64,000 bases of DNA from Octopus vulgaris (taxonomy: Eukaryota), in NCBI GenBank assembly GCA_951406725.2, contig OX597834.1, positions 11,904,001 to 11,968,000 on the forward strand, in the 5' to 3' direction. The notes under the pieces are model-generated. The model was not told where the DNA came from, did not search any database, and saw only the letters and a list, made by a program, of their open reading frames with translations. Every line of letters begins with the position of its first letter. Positions within the stretch are counted from its first letter, which is position 1. The position numbers and the translations under genes were made by a program. Shown one piece after another: positions 25,457 through 38,737 of the stretch.

Positions 25457-25853
25457 CTAGCAGTAATCGCCCGGCGTTGCTCGGGTTTGTAAGGGAAATA
25501 ACTATATAAGCATTTTTAGAGATGTAAAGCCATAATAGCCATCTCAATATGGTTAACCACAAAGGGGGGGGGGTTACTGTAATTTTTTACGTTCTGAGAT
25601 TTAATAATAAATTTTTAGAGAGTTACATCCTTATATATATCCCAAAAATGCATTAAAAATGGAAAAAAATTGATGGTAAATTTTTTTTAAATCGTAGACT
25701 CATCGTAGACGCGCGCTAATACCCAGAAGGACTCGATATGAATCACGACTATAAGATACCCAGTTTTGGTTAAACTGCACCGCAAAATGTGGGAGTAGTT
25801 AGGAATCTAAATCGTAGAAGACAGACACACAACTTCTCTTTTATATATAAAGA
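25457..25853 (-). mobile_element. Non-autonomous Helitron (397 bp)
   Basis: Minus strand A|TCTTTATATATAAAAG...cccgagcaacgccggg (hairpin) cgattactg CTAG|T: 5' TC, 3' hairpin plus CTAG, inserted between A and T with no TSD. Confidence 0.88.
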
Positions 25854-26534
25854 TAAAGAGAAGAATTCAGCGAAGTAACAATGTGACGGTTTTCCCAATA
25901 GACACGCGACTATAAATACGAAAGGATAAAGAATAGTAACCAGACCAAGCTAGGAATTGAATATTTTGAAATAAACTGCGACGTATCAACAGAATGAAAG
26001 ACCTGCTCTTTTGAGTAACTGATGTAGGATCCAGGACAACAGTGTTTTAGAGTTGTACCATTACACAATCAATCAAACTCCACTTTTAAATATTGAAAGA
26101 GAACATTTTATATAGCATGGAGCTATACCGGAATATCTAGCTTACAAAGTGCAATAGAGAAGAAGGAATACTACTTTGAAAATGCGACCAAATAATGAGA
26201 AAAATATCATACTAACCAACAGAATACACATTGGAATCGAAAGAAAATGATTAAAGAAACGAAGTAAATAATATATGCAGAGTAAAACTTTCTGAAAAGA
26301 CTATTTCAGTGTTATTTGCAGGAGAAATTATCTGAATACAAAACTAAAATATACGAGAAGTATATTGAGTACATAATAGTACAGAGTAAATTGACATCAA
26401 GCTAATTTTTAGCACAAAAATGCAAAGGTATTAACTAGAATATATATATATATATATATATTTATAATGAGATTAGCTCGTATACGAGTGGGTATATATT
26501 TGTAAAAAATGAAGTTCGAAAATGCTGCTATAGT

Positions 26535-26586
<52 letters not shown>

Positions 26587-26588
<2 letters not shown>

Positions 26589-26880
26589 CGTAAAGTGTAC
26601 TAGCCATCTGAATGTGGCTAGCCACTGGGGGTGGATGTTACTGACGCTTTTAGCCCCAGGAGATCGACGTCTCCAGCTGGCCTTAGACACAATTTCAGTG
26701 CCCTTGTGTTATTTGCAAAGGGAGGTCATCCTCCCTCGAAAACCTAAGTGATACATACGGACTATAGTTTCAAGGTTTTTGCCTCTCGTCAACACATGGT
26801 AAACACCGGTTTTCGATGGCTAGTACACTTTACGTTGTCGAGCGGTTACTGTTTATATCTCGTTCGGAGATTTATTAATG

Positions 26881-26883
<3 letters not shown>
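26587..26883 (-). mobile_element. (TA)n-embedded element with 22-bp inverted repeat and hammerhead
   Basis: aacgtaaagtgtactagccatc (26587-26608) and its exact reverse complement (26815-26836); pure (TA)n on both sides; homologous to 51192-51457. Confidence 0.8.
26754..26798 (-). ncRNA. Type I hammerhead ribozyme motif (GUC triplet)
   Basis: catgtg|TTGACGA|gagg caaaaa cctt|GAAA|ctatag|TC|cgtatg; deviates from consensus by C3U and G-U wobbles only. Confidence 0.72.
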
Positions 26884-26938
<55 letters not shown>

Positions 26939-28195
26939 AATTAAATTAGAGATAAAACCACTATTAGGCAAATCAAACAGTGAAAAACATAAACCAAAAC
27001 ATAAAAATAATTAATATAATATACATAATATATAAAATATAAAAATTTAAATTATTTAAATTCAAAATTAAAATTATTAATTTATATTTATAAATTTTTA
27101 TATTTTTTATATATATATATTTTTTATTAAATATATATAACTATCAAAAAGTATTAAAAACGTTTAATATAAGATAAAAAGTATGTATCATATTGAGGAT
27201 AAAAATGAACGTGAGAAACAGTAAAAAATGTTGGGAGCTTTGTTCATCATAGCCGGGACATAATTTCACAAAACATTAAAGACGCAATAATTCCATAATA
27301 CAAAGAAATTCAAAGATACTATAATGACACAGAGATATGGCATCAAATATTGACTAAATATCCAGTGTAATGAGCCGTTTAACTACATCATTTCCACATG
27401 CATAGTCTTTGCCAACCGCTTGTAAATCCACTGAGACGATAAAGTTGAGAGGTACTTCTGTTAAGAAATGTGACAAGAATATAACGGATGAGAGAAAGCA
27501 GACAAGAGCGTGTTTCTTCTAAATGAACATATACATGAAATGAGATATATCAACTGCCTGGCTGTATTCATGTAGTACATCTGGGGGAAGATTTATAGGT
27601 AAAATATTTAGGGCTAATGATAAAGAAATGCCTTGACAATGACTGTTTTAAGATATGTTTCTTTATTAGCTACAACATTACGTCCTCTTCTGCTCAATAA
27701 ATAATTGGAGAATCATTTAAAATTATTTATCACACTTCAAGAAGTGTAGAATGTAGGACCTGAAAATACAAACAGTAATAAAAATAGCTAAAACAATATG
27801 ATAAAAAGAAATGACCAAAATATAACAAATATAAGGGCTCGCAATGATTCAATAAAAATAGCCCTTTTAGGCAGAACTTGTGCAATATGTATTCAGTTCA
27901 GCCGCGTAGATCAAATATTAAAGCATCTTTACACAACACATAGAATAACCAACGAATGAAACAGAATACCTCACAAAGCAAATACGTTATCGAAGCGCTG
28001 CTATATACAAACAGAAAACCTCAAACAGTAAATACGCTGGAGAAGCAAGACTAAATACAAACACATGCTGTTCACAATAAACAACTAACAGTACAAAACG
28101 TAATCATAATAAACACCCTACATTCTAGACAGAAAAAAGAACCCCACAAACGCATTCTACATGTTTGCCAAATAATGATATTATATTACTACAGA

Positions 28196-28683
28196 GTGGA
28201 GGCGCAATGGCCCAGTGGTTAGGGCAGCGGACTCGCGGTCGTTGGATCGCAGTTTAGATTCCCAGACCGGTCATTGTGAGTGTTTATTGAGCGAAAACAC
28301 CTAAAAGCTCCACGAGGCTCCGACAGGGGTTGGTGGTGAACCCTGTTGTACTCTTTCACCACAACTTTCTCTCTCTATTTCAAAGGGCCAGCCTTGTCAC
28401 ACTCTGTGTCACGCTGAATCTCCCCGAGAAGTACGTTAAGGGTACACGTGTCTGTGAAGTGCTCGGCCACCTGCACGTTAATAAATGAGCTGCGACGTCA
28501 CTGGTGCCATGCTGTATCGACCGTTGCCTTTCCCTTGGATAACATCGGTGTCATGGTGAAGGGAGGCTGGTATACATGGGCAACTGCTGGTCTTCCATAA
28601 ACAACCTTGCCCAGATTTGTGCCTCGGAGGGTAACTTTTTAGGTGCAATCCCATGGTCATTCATGACCGAAGGGGGTCTAAGA
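28196..28683 (+). mobile_element. tRNA-derived modular SINE, full length
   Basis: Head ggaggcgcaatggcccagtggttagggcagcggactcgcgg; 11-bp TSD attactacaga at 28185-28195 and 28684-28694; shares modules with 36043-36345 and 45404-45730. Confidence 0.88.
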
Positions 28684-31269
28684 ATTACTACAGATTAGTT
28701 GCTCTACGCAGGCATTCAACCCCGTTGATGCTAAACACAGCATATAGGAACCACAGAATACTAGCCAGTATAATGGTGTACGCTTCTACAATGTTCGAAA
28801 TAGAGATATAACGACAGAGAGAACAAGAAAGTACAACAATCTCACAGCTATGTAACAGTGATACAGAATAGAATCACACGTCTATATTCCTAACAGACAG
28901 TGCTACTTACACACCAGGAATATGAAGGTGCATCTTATGTTGCATTAGAAACTCGCATAAAACTGTTGAAAACACGGTGATAATAATAAAAATAAAGCAT
29001 CGTACCAGCAGACGCTATAATAATATTTTGGGTGAAGTTATCTGACAGTTAATGATAAATCGATAAAGTACAAAACATTGGGTTAGAGAGTGGCTAAATA
29101 TATTCGCTCTCGCCTGATCTAAGAAGAATATTGATGGCCACATAGAACATCGACATCAATCACCTAGTGTAAAAGTAATATTTAAATATTATTATAGTTT
29201 GGCATATGTCTAGTTATCATAGCTCTATGCAGCAATTTTAGAAAGCTTCTAGCGGCCTCGGAAATTTAGGAGTGACTCACTATCCATACGTTTTATTTTC
29301 CTTTGCGGTGGAGAGGGTAACATTGTATAACGAAGCAGCCATACCATACAGTGTTCGTTCACTATAATTCATTACTTTTGAAACTCATCTTAAATCTGGC
29401 AGTAAAGGATTGACTGTATTAACCGACAAGGTCGAAAATGACTAAAACCTATGAGGAATTCTTAGAGTACTTTCGAAGAACACATTTGCTTTCTTTTTAA
29501 TTATTCCTGCGATTAATGATTTATTGCATTTCCGTATGCTTGAAGATATATGTAGCTTCGAGATATATGGAAATTGTAGAGTGAACATCTTAATCTTTTG
29601 ATGTCACGTCAATATTGACTGTAATACTCAAATGACTGGTCATTTTATTTGCCCACTAAATACTGCACTGACCACAAGCTAACTCTACAGCCAATGGTTA
29701 ATCCGCCTTTCAACTGACTATTCAGCTAAGCGCAGGGCTATGCTCTCGGAGGAATTACTCATCTCTTAAATTATTGTTCAGAAATTGTTGGATAATGTAG
29801 AAATGGTCACTGGGAAATTTTAATGATGTTACTTCTGATAGGACCCTATGTAGGATGTACCTGATGTCTCCACACTTAGGACCCTCTTACGAACAACAGG
29901 CTGCTATGTTAAATGGAATGGAATAAGTTGTACAGAAATCCTTCTCGTAGATTAACACCGATACCTGAAACGTGGCTGCGTTTAACAGATTCAACTGAGT
30001 CACAAGAGTCAAGGACGCCGCTCTGAAGATAACGTTCGTCTTTTCTCACGGCAGATTACTTGGAGACTCGTAAAACCGTATTTACGATACTCTTTCTCAT
30101 CTCAGAAAGATATAAAAGAAGAACATGAAGGAGATATGTTTCGTTTCGTTCAGTTCTCCTACAAATTGCTGAGTTTGCATAATACAAAGTTTTAGGTAGA
30201 TTTATTAAATTAGCAATGAAATACTTGCCGACAGTGTAATCAAATATATTAATTCCATAAATGTTAAAGTAACCTCTAGATTAGATTAACTTCGGTAAGG
30301 ACCTAATATATATTCAAAGGGTGAATAATTCTACTTTTAATTTTTAGGTTAATTATTGAAAACTTTTTTGCACATTATTTTTGTATGCTTTTGTTTATTA
30401 TCATTTTTATTTTCTTATTTGATAATATTTATTATGTATGTGTGCATAATCTTGTGCATTTTTTTTTCACAAAAAAAATCTATTCTTTGTAATGGAAATT
30501 ATTGTTTTCCTTCCTTCTTTATCGTAATTTATCAAGGTGCTGTTTAAATTAAAATTCTCACCTCTACTATTTTCTGCAACTCAGTAATCATTCTGCAATT
30601 CAACACCATTTCAAGGCCTCTTATGTTAATTTTCTTTATTAGTTCTATTTGTTATTGGTTTAGTCCAAATGTATCTTTCTGTTTTTATTATGCATTCCAC
30701 ATATTTGTTCTTGTACACTAATTCTTCATGCTTGTTTCAGATAAACAATGCAATTTGTGTTAAACAAGGAAGAAAATAAAAATGGGAATTAACACCCTAA
30801 TACTGTTTGTCGTTTTCCCTTTCCTTTATACAATTACACAAGGAAGAAAACTAATTCATTAACCTATTTAATATTTCTTCTGCTTTTATATCCACAACGC
30901 TCTGAATTCTGAGTTCGAATCATGCTGAGCTCGAGGTTGGCTGCCTTCCATCCTTCCAGATTCAATGAAATGTAGCAACACTATATACTATGTAAAACTA
31001 CACAACACCAATTTGTAAATATGTATGAATGTATGTATATATATATATGTATGTATGTAGGTATGAAAATATACAAATATAAGTATGAATTTGTGAGCGT
31101 TTACACATTATTGGTATGTAGATATATATGTAAGTATACACATTATATAAGCAGGCAGTCATTTAGTTGATACAAAATAAGGATGAAATAGAAACATATA
31201 TGAAGTTAGGACAAGGAAAATCACTGAAATGAGAACGAAACTGCAACAATGAAACGGTGTTTACGAAGA

Positions 31270-31377
31270 AATTGAGTTTATGCACTATATACGTGTGTGT
31301 GTGTGTGTGTGTGTGTATTTATGTATGTGTGTGTATATATATAAATGTATGTATGTATGTATGTGTGTCTGTGTGTG

Positions 31378-31408
<31 letters not shown>

Positions 31409-31605
31409 AGATATATATATGCATATACATATATATATGCACATATATACACATATATATGTGCATATATATACATATACATACAAATATATATATACAT
31501 ATGCATATACATACATATACATACATACACACACATACACACACGTACATACAGATACATACATATACATACATACATACACACACACACGTGTATATAT
31601 ATATG

Positions 31606-31630
<25 letters not shown>
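31270..31630. repeat. Compound (TG/TA/CA)n microsatellite
   Basis: Direct inspection. Confidence 0.96.
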
Positions 31631-31637
<7 letters not shown>

Positions 31638-32685
31638 CATATGTATGTATATAAATGAAACAATTGCCAAACGATGAACAAATACAATGTCAAATTGATT
31701 GACCTCAACGATTGATTTCCATTATTCTGTCCCAAATATAACGGAAACTACGTCTTTCCATGACCATAATCTTGCAGCAGAAACTATTGAAAAAATAATA
31801 AAAACTAAAACAAGCGTTATATGTGCGAGTGAGTGATTCTCTTTACGCGTGCTCATGTGTGCATGTGTTTGTATGTGTGTGTGTGTGTGTGTGCGTCATT
31901 GACTCTGTGTGTGTGTGTGTGTGTGCATGCTTGTATCTCGATCTAATTGTGTAAGTATATGTAGATACATCAGTTTGTATGTATGTGTTTCTTTCCAACA
32001 CTTTCGCTGGTGAACATTCGAATTTAAGCGTTCGACTTTTATGTGTGTACGTCCGGTAGCGTAGGTACATGTATGCGAGTAGGTTTATTGTAAAAGAGTG
32101 AGAAACGGGCGTACATGAAAGGATGCAATTAGTAGAAGATAACTGAAATGAAAACACCGGTAATTGTAGGCATTGTTGAACATCCGACGAACAAAAATAT
32201 TCTCACATATACTCAGAGAATCTCACAGACACGTGTACATAATATGCTACGTACCAGCACCACACAACCCAGCTGATCTCCAAGAACGGTTTCGACAAAG
32301 TACATATTTATTATATGTCGTTTCTGGCGAAATTACATTGCTTTCGTGCACCTAATCGTTAAGGAACCGCAACAAACAACTTTCAATAATTACAATGCAA
32401 GGATCAGTATATTTATTTGCAAAGCCAGTGTGCATTTTGTGACCTAGATTTCGTTTAGGACAGTAAATCATTCTGCTGCGAATAGACTTCCTTACTTTAT
32501 GCTCCTCTACATACAATACAAGAAAAGCACTCAACGTCTAATTTGAGGTAGAAGATAAGAATGAATTATAACATAAACTTTAATGATTGCGGATAACAAT
32601 GAAAGCACCGTTTTTATGCTGCGTATTTACGGTGTGTATAACATTGTATGAATGCGCTTCTATTATCGTTACTCATCTTTTATTT

Positions 32686-33085
32686 TATATATATATACAT
32701 ACATATATATATATATACATACATATACACATACATATACACATACACATACACATACATATATACATACATACATACATATACACACATATATACATAT
32801 ACACACACACATATATACATATATATACACACATACACACATATATACACACACACACATATATATATATATGCACACACACACATATATATACATATAT
32901 ATACACACACATATATATATATGCATATATACACACATATATATACACATATATACACACACATATATATACACATATATACACACACATATATATGCAT
33001 ATATATACACACACATATACACACACACGCATACATATATACATACACACATACATACACACATACATATATATATACATAGATA
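32686..33085. repeat. Compound (CA/TA)n microsatellite
   Basis: Direct inspection. Confidence 0.96.
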
Positions 33086-33623
33086 TTTACAGACATGCAT
33101 ACACTCTTACGTGCACACACATTGAAACACACACATAGACAAACACAGAAACACACACGCATAATTTATGCTCCCTCCGCCCCAGTTTTGTAATAATTTG
33201 TTTTAATTGCTGTCTTCCTTTATGGAGAAAGAACACACATTCGCTTAACTTCATGCACATAAAATATTTTATGTACGCATGCAATTAATATATATGTGGT
33301 TTTGTGTTTTCTGGCGTTATGTTATGAGCTTGCTTAAATCAATTATTTTTTTTATTTTCATCAATTCAGGGTCGATGAAATAAGGACCATTTGAGCAGAA
33401 GGATCAATAATATCGACAATGCGCTCCCCCATACGGTGTTGTTTTCAGCTACATTAGACATTTATACATAATTGACTGTATATATACATGTTCTTAAGTG
33501 TTTACACGCACACATACATATGTAAATATATAATCAGGCAATGATTATTTGCTTACATAAACATACGGAGATACACACATATGCGCAAACTTAATATTAA
33601 TAACAACAACAACAATAATAATA

Positions 33624-33664
<41 letters not shown>

Positions 33665-33785
33665 AATAATAATAATAATGATAATAATAATGATAATATC
33701 ATTATCATCCTCTTTTGCACACAATAGGAGGGAAATTGTCATAGCGACCGGAAAAGCAAAGAACAAGGTACAGATATATATATAT

Positions 33786-34098
33786 TCACCATCAAAATAC
33801 AGGACCAGATACTGCAACAGCTTGGGTTTCAGAGAACCACAGATCTTTAAAATCCTCCCTAAATGCCTGAGAAACTTGGATGGTGTGGATGTGGGTTTCT
33901 TTAAAGCTAAACTGGATCTCTTCTAGTCGGAGGTCCCAGTTAAACCTACCTCACGACAAGAGACACAGATGCGGGCAGCAGCATCGAACTCCCTTGTTGA
34001 CCAAGTGCCACGTATCAGAGGTGTATTCACATATTAGTGTAGCTCATTCAACGGTGGTGCCCCAGCATGGCCGTAGCCTTCGGGCTAAAACAGTTTTA
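33786..34098 (+). mobile_element. 3' end of CR1-group LINE (ORF2 C-terminus plus 3' UTR), decayed
   Basis: SPSKYRTRYCNSLGFREPQIFKILPKCLRNLDGVDVGFFKAKLDLF*SEVPVKP...RAAASNSLVDQ resembles CR1-type ORF2 ends (LFN-LP-IRN...FK-LD); the tail ggtggtgccccagcatggcc is shared with SINE A. Confidence 0.75.
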
Positions 34099-34769
34099 AG
34101 GATATATAATCACTCGCCGGTGATTACTTGATACTGAGGCTGTGTAACAATCCAGAAACATTGGTCTGAGAGTATCACGTAATGCAGAGCGCGTAGGTTC
34201 TGATTTTGCAGATCTACTGACTTGATGAACATGAAATAAGAAATACTGGCATCATTAGGAAACAAGGAATATTCCTGTAAGTAGTTATTCAGGGTGTTAG
34301 AAATAGCAGCAAATATTTCATGAAACAAACCAACATTTTAAGAAAGAATCTCTGGATTAAATCGCGTTAGATCTTTGCTCAAAAGAGCGAACTTTCTATC
34401 CATAATTCACTTGATGAAATGTCTGCTCTATTCGTCGACCTATGGCTGAGCAACACCAGCAACCAGACAGTAAAAGAAAAACAAAAAGGAAAATAAATTA
34501 TACTTTAAAACTCCAAGAATACAAGGACTATTCGGCAAATAAATCAATAGTTGGGGTTTTATGAGTTGCTTTATCGCACACATACGTTGACCACATTTGT
34601 AAACTATTTCGCATTCTCTTCTGACGTTCAAGTAATTTCAGTAAGACGCTATTTAACATCCATCAACATTGGCGCTATTAAACATATCATTCTCTGACCT
34701 CAGCTATGAAATTCAACCCCTATTTGTGGAAGTTAGACAGCTATTACCGTTAGTGCCCCGTTATATGTT

Positions 34770-34799
34770 ATATACATACATACACACATATAAATATAC

Positions 34800-34850
<51 letters not shown>

Positions 34851-34916
34851 TACGCATGTATATATATATATATATTCATACATGTATATATATATATATT
34901 CTTATATATTCATACA

Positions 34917-34954
<38 letters not shown>

Positions 34955-35121
34955 CATATTCATAGATTAAAGCATATATTCATAATAATACACATACGCA
35001 CATAATTTACACACAGTTCCCTGTCTCTCACTATATATATGCTTATGTGTATCTATGTGTGTGTGTATATATGTTTATATATGTATGTATGTTTATGTAT
35101 GTATGTATATATATATATATG

Positions 35122-35175
<54 letters not shown>

Positions 35176-35190
35176 TATATATATATATTT
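34770..35190. repeat. (TA)n-rich compound microsatellite
   Basis: Direct inspection. Confidence 0.95.
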
Positions 35191-35789
35191 GTAGTTCTCT
35201 CTCTCTCTATGTATATATTGGTGCTCGTGTGTTCTTATGTATATTTCAGCACAAATTTCGCAAATAAATTTGAATTGAAGTAGAGTTGTAAGTTGCTAAT
35301 CTTCAACACGTATTGTTAATACAATAGCGTAATCATTGACAGAGATATCTGATCACCAATTGAGAAGCTATTGCCTTTATTTATGGGATTTGAAATGTAA
35401 ATAATTAAGACAGCGACACATAAAACAATACAAATCAAAGATAAAATCTGGTGATTGCTCGACAGTACGCATTCTAATTTAGTTAACACCCAATTGGTCG
35501 CTTACTATAAAGAAGTAGAGAAAGTGTGACACAACAAAGAAACTGATTTGACTGCTTCCTTGATCTGTCGCATGGTTTATAGTCAAGCTTCCAAATGATC
35601 ATTTAGATGCACGTTTCGTGGTTCAAACTAGCCTTTGGACTTTGTGCGAAGATATGCCAGGCCTATTAGGTATGGCTCAGCAGGCATTTACTGGTTGTAC
35701 TTCGTGATGACTAATAAAAAGGGGATACTTCAACGCATTTCATGGTAGATAAGACACAAATCCGCCACTCAAACAAAAACAAAATGTCC

Positions 35790-35945
35790 GTCCTTGTTGT
35801 GGCGAGAAGTTTACATCCCCACCATATGGCTTCAAGTTCTGTCCCAATGCGTGGCACTTTAGGCAAGTGTCTTCTACTATACCTTCGGACTGACTAAAGC
35901 CATTTAAGAGGAATTGGTAGAGGGTTACTGAAATAATCCGGCTAT
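35790..35945 (+). mobile_element. SINE family A, decayed 5' half
   Basis: tgcgtggcactttaggcaagtgtcttctactata CORE match. Confidence 0.7.
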
Positions 35946-36013
35946 ATATATATATATATATGGGGGGGGAGTGTGTGTGTATACATATATATATATGCAT
36001 GCATGTATGTAAG

Positions 36014-36042
<29 letters not shown>

Positions 36043-36045
<3 letters not shown>

Positions 36046-36345
36046 ATGACCGACTAGGCTATCAGATGTTGCAACATATCGCTGGTCACAATGCGCTTCG
36101 CATTGTTTTCGCCTTCAAATGAAGCCACACCGCTGGCTAAGCGAGCGGGCCAACAGTAGAAAGAGTAAGAGAAAGTTGCGGCGAAAGAGTACAGTAGGGA
36201 TCGCCACCCACCCCGCTGCCGGAACCTCGTGAAGCTTTAGGTGTTTTTGCTCAATAAACACTCACAGCGCCCGGTGTGGGAATCGAAACCTCGATCCTAC
36301 GACCGCGGATCCGCTGCCTTAACCACTGGGCCATTGCGCCTGCAC
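36043..36345 (-). mobile_element. tRNA-derived SINE, same head as 28196 but different tail
   Basis: Reverse complement gcaggcgcaatggcccagtggttaaggcagcgg...gtttattgagcaaaaacacctaaagct; 3' part unrelated to the 28196 copy. Confidence 0.85.
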
Positions 36346-37209
36346 TCTTTTTTAAAGGATGAAAGGCAAAGTCGAAATATATATATATATATATACATAC
36401 GAAGTCTATTATTCTTTTGTAACTAGTATCCCCTCCATTAGCTTTTCCTAGAACCAAGCCAGCCAATGCTTAGTTTTATTTACGTTTCTCTTTTATTTCT
36501 AATACACGATCATTAAAGCAGCTATAGACAACACTACTCGACTCTGTAAAATACCAATTGTTCTGTTGAGATGTTGCAAAACACACACACACACACACAC
36601 AATGAAAATTTGCAGGGAGGAATGATGGTAATTCCAAAATTCTAAATGTGGGAAAAGCTGTGAAGCAGGATGCAGAACCAATATTGAACAAACTGACTTC
36701 AATTGTTTCCTTACAATTCACTTCACTGACAAATCATTCCAATATGGATTGATGTAAAAAGTCTTACACCCACACACGGCTTTCCTTTTCAATCAAACAT
36801 CTTAATAGATTTAAGTAGTATGACCTTGTCTTAAGCACGAGTCTTAACTCCTGTGATTTCTATAACAGCAGTGATTTACCCTCACCTATCTAAATTGAAA
36901 CGGTTGAGAATATAGTTATGTATTTTTATATTTGTTTTCTTGAAGCGTAGCTCTTATTTGTGCGTGCATCTCATCCTGCTGTCAGTTATATGTTTAATGA
37001 TATCTTTCTTCTTATTATTATTTGTTTACATTTGGCAGTAGATCTCTTAGAGTTTATTGCCTGTTTCTTTTATATGCCTTATTTTGTATAATGCATTTCG
37101 AGTAAGACGGAGTACCACAGCCAGTTATAGCATCACAGTCATACATATACACAGTCACACATACAACACATACATATGTGTGTGAGTGTTTATACATGCA
37201 CATATATAG

Positions 37210-37290
37210 ACATGCATGCATACATACTCATTGACACACACATAGGTATGCACAAATGTATCTACATGCATATATGTTGGAGTGGATATA

Positions 37291-37332
<42 letters not shown>

Positions 37333-37400
37333 TGCATAGTCACTGACACACACACATATATGTGCACAAATCTATCTCCATACATATATGTTGGAGTGGG

Positions 37401-37405
<5 letters not shown>
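37210..37405. repeat. ~115-bp tandem duplication around a (TA)n tract
   Basis: tgcacaaatgtatctacatgcatatatgttggagtgg vs tgcacaaatctatctccatacatatatgttggagtgg. Confidence 0.8.
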
Positions 37406-37434
<29 letters not shown>

Positions 37435-37439
37435 TATCA

Positions 37440-38002
37440 ACAATTGAGGGTAAAATTAATTAGTTATTAATCAATTTCACCAAGTATTCAGTATGTAAAG
37501 GGACCATTTAAGGCGAATTCAAAATATTACATTATATAATTAAGGGCTTAGTAAAATAAATTACTTTGCCACATACTGAACTTGCTAGAAATAGCAGCCA
37601 AAAAAAAAAGATTTTTTTGCCATTTCCACTACTTAAAGAAAATTTCTCTCAGATAATGTTTACTCAAAATAACTCACGAAGGTATGGAGGTAAAAACAGA
37701 AAAATATCACAAGTACAAAGATTATTTGAGAACGTTAACGTTTCTAGATTAGCCAAATAAACTCAGCATTTCTTTCGTCAGCTCAACATTTCTTATTTTG
37801 GATTTGGAAGCACTAAAAAGAAAGAACATACCCTTTGGCGACTTATCACCTCAGATGACCCGTTCAGACTGCCAGTACCAACAAATTCAAGATGTGCAAG
37901 CGAAGATTCACTGCTCTCCCCCTTTTTTTTGGGGCTGCTATTTCTAGCAAGTTCAGTATGTGGCAAAGTAATTTATTTTACTAAGCCCTTAATTATATAA
38001 TG

Positions 38003-38008
<6 letters not shown>
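37440..38008 (-). mobile_element. (TA)n-embedded element with perfect 76-bp inverted repeat and internal hammerhead
   Basis: 37524-37599 is the exact reverse complement of 37933-38008; microsatellite tracts flank both ends. Confidence 0.85.
37726..37786 (-). ncRNA. Type I hammerhead ribozyme motif (GUU triplet)
   Basis: ttgag|CTGACGA|aaga...tcta|GAAA|cgttaacg|TT|ctcaa: intact core, 5-bp helix I, palindromic helix III; the helix II closing pair is an A.A mismatch. Confidence 0.72.
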
Positions 38009-38048
<40 letters not shown>

Positions 38049-38144
38049 GCAATAGGAAAGAAGTGTATGTATAACGGTAGTGTAAATTACAGCCTATGTA
38101 TATTATATACATGTGTGCAGTTGCTGCTTAGAGTCAAACCGATA

Positions 38145-38542
38145 TCCTTTTCTACTCTTGGCACAAGGCCCAAAATTGTTGGAGAGGGGGGCCAGTCGAT
38201 TAGATCGACCCCAGTACGCCTCTGGTACTTAGTTTATCGATCCCGAAAGGATGAAAGGCAAAGTAGACCTTGGTGGAATTTGAACGCAGAACGTAAAGAC
38301 AGACGAAATACCTATTTCTTTACTACCCACAAGGGGCTAAACAGAGAGGACAAACAAGGACAGACAAAGGGGTAAGTCGATTACATCGACCCCGGTGCGT
38401 AACTGGTACTTATTTAATCGACCCCGAAAGGATAAAAGGCAAAGTCGACCTCGGCGAAATTTCAACTCAGAACGTAGCGGCAGACGAATTACTGCTAAGC
38501 ATTTCGCCCGGCGTGCTAACGTTTCTGCCAGCTCGCCGCCTT
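38145..38542 (-). mobile_element. SINE family B tandem dimer (full unit 38312-38542 plus headless unit 38145-38311)
   Basis: Two consecutive central domains; junction gacgaaatac|ctatttctttactacc. Confidence 0.9.
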
Positions 38543-38737
38543 CAGTCAAGCCAATATTAACAGAGCAGAAATACATTCGAGGTTATATTCTGTCCAGGAC
38601 CATCCTGTCTCGAAATTTCATTTTCCCCACCAAACCCAGTCCCACGTGTTGTTTTGTGGGATGGTGTAATATGATCCTTCAGAGGTTTTGTTGCTATCTC
38701 ATAACTAGACATTGCGTATCCCTTCTTACCGAAAACT

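Noticed and set aside
28196-28270. tRNA-like sequences with A/B boxes (also 8994, 13455-13527, 36270-36345)
   Set aside because: They are SINE heads that continue into SINE bodies, two with clear TSDs, and lack a proper acceptor stem; not tRNA genes.
30725-30785. tttcag followed by INNAICVKQGRK* as a terminal exon
   Set aside because: Short, with no upstream exons or homology visible; expected by chance in AT-rich DNA.
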